Shown here piece after piece: positions 63,701 through 64,000 of a DNA stretch of 64,000 nucleotides. This DNA is from Bdellovibrionota bacterium (GTDB taxonomy: Bacteria; Bdellovibrionota_C; UBA2361; CAKMMH01). A program made the position numbers and the translations under genes. The stretch covers positions 192,001 to 256,000 of the forward strand of contig JBMNLI010000010.1 in the NCBI GenBank assembly GCA_050952645.1. The letters are read 5' to 3'. The first letter of the stretch is position 1; every line of letters starts with the position of its first letter. Under the pieces are notes generated by a model that saw nothing but the letters and a program-made list of their open reading frames with translations, did not search any database and had not been told where the DNA came from.

Positions 63701-63915
63701 TTGTATTTTAGAAAAATATCTTTTAACGTTCTTCCAAATGCGTGATGAATCCCCATTGCACTATTTGCAGTAATAGGTCCATCTAAAAATCTGTAAACCT
63801 TTCCGCCCTTAACGCTTTTTCTTAAAGCTTCATAACACTTATTATCTTCCCAATACTTTAGTATCTTTTTTTCGGTTTCTACTAAACTATTTTTTTCTTT
63901 TTGACTATCACACAT
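60769..63915 (-). CDS. ileS: Isoleucine--tRNA ligase, type 2
   Basis: FLDGPITAN, GIHH, WTTTPWTL, GVVHIAP, DWNISR, KFSKT, IleRS2-type C-terminus EGIVREIIRNLQVLRK. Confidence 0.95.
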   Translation of the reverse strand: MCDSQKEKNSLVETEKKILKYWEDNKCYEALRKSVKGGKVYRFLDGPITANSAMGIHHAFGRTLKDIFLKYKWMNGYDVRFRNGFDTQGLWIEVEVEKELGFKTKKDIEDYGLEEFTKRCNERVEKYTSIITEQSKRLGQWADWDDSYYTGKDYNIEAIWHFLKVCNEKGMIDKSYRPMMWCPRCGTSLSEHEMTGSYKDVVHTSIFLKLPIKGESKKIIVWTTTPWTLSSNVALAVNPNNDYCEVKVKSDNEHIILGKEALGVLGDDRVEIVRFFKGSELIGKEYTTCFEDFEAQQGFVHKIVSWDEVSAKEGSGVVHIAPGCGAEDFELGEQLGLPKIMPVDDNGIFLEKFGFLTGKNVKDVRDIIFKDLENRNMVYKLQEIVHPYPICWRCKEEIIFRLIDAWYIKVDDIREDLINASKTVNWEPEYLGKRMQDWLTNMGDWNISRKRFYGLPLPFYVCDKCGKLTVIGSKKELRALATNKDMVDKLPELHRPFIDKINILCPDCQSEVSRVLDTGDVWLDAGIVSFSTQEYFTNKKEWEKYFPAEFITEMREQVRLWFYSLLFMSVVLEGKAPYERVLGFSALVKEDGSKFSKTSKDNIKFHEAADKVGSDTIRYLYAGANYTNDIRFGWGLLDEARRKLMSFNNICTFFDTYASLDKPDLENFKIDKSKFAVSDLWLLARNNQFIRNAKNYMDNYQSNMMVKDLEFFIDDVSNWYIRINRRRFWKSSNTEDKLIGYYCLFEVIKTITRVLAPIVPFMCEDIFLNIIKKYEKNDLVTVLLFGYPKENSEFDNDEIINNTKVLRDIITLALRVRNEANLKVRQPLSKLYILTDNNEHKDFINSQRSVILEELNIQDIEFIRDESALVDEYLTLNFKVAGSVLKKDVQKVKDLLGSLTFEDMQKLVKDFNEDKPLFIKGFKEELSKEIFTKLTCEKENIKTGKENGVYVALNTYLTHDLILEGIVREIIRNLQVLRKDSGFAVEQKISVGISSSLELVKEAVDKFKEKIMSETLALSLTEKLDVVEGENVIEVNEGSVVIQVCKIS

Positions 63916-64000
63916 TTTATATATTTCTCCTTATATATTTCTCAGGTTATATTTATATAATTATATAAATATAATTTAGCTTTTTTAAACTTACGTTTTT

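Overview
AT-rich chromosomal window from a diderm bacterium: it carries an LPS heptosyltransferase, an O-antigen ligase and ftsEX-envC-ctpA. Gene style loosely suggests a Bdellovibrionota/Myxococcota-like lineage (inference only). Housekeeping content: pheS (truncated), pepP, rne/rng, recD2, rpmG, nagB, aspS, murG, rpsI-rplM, corA, rho, tyrS, ileS and 4 tRNAs. Main non-routine signals: (1) a family of ISL3-type miniature elements with 8-bp target duplications, three in a tandem array with the pepP 3' end and one carrying a complete group IIC intron at a site that is empty in the other copies; (2) that element sits inside a compact type III export cluster (rod/needle-like gene, an apparent SctO-SctP fusion, SctR/S/T), and a shared upstream motif links the cluster to a nearby candidate secreted protein; (3) a consensus sigma54 promoter pointing into a ~300-nt structured, terminator-bounded non-coding stretch with an anti-Shine-Dalgarno loop; (4) a giant Ser-rich/Cys-rich protein whose TadE-like pilin leader is one base out of frame; (5) a catalytically degenerate P-type ATPase; (6) a methyltransferase/ABC-ATPase/HEPN-like chimera next to an orphan type III Mod gene; (7) an IleRS2 with a GIHH motif. 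Several single-base frameshifts may be assembly errors. All calls are by eye; no searches were run.
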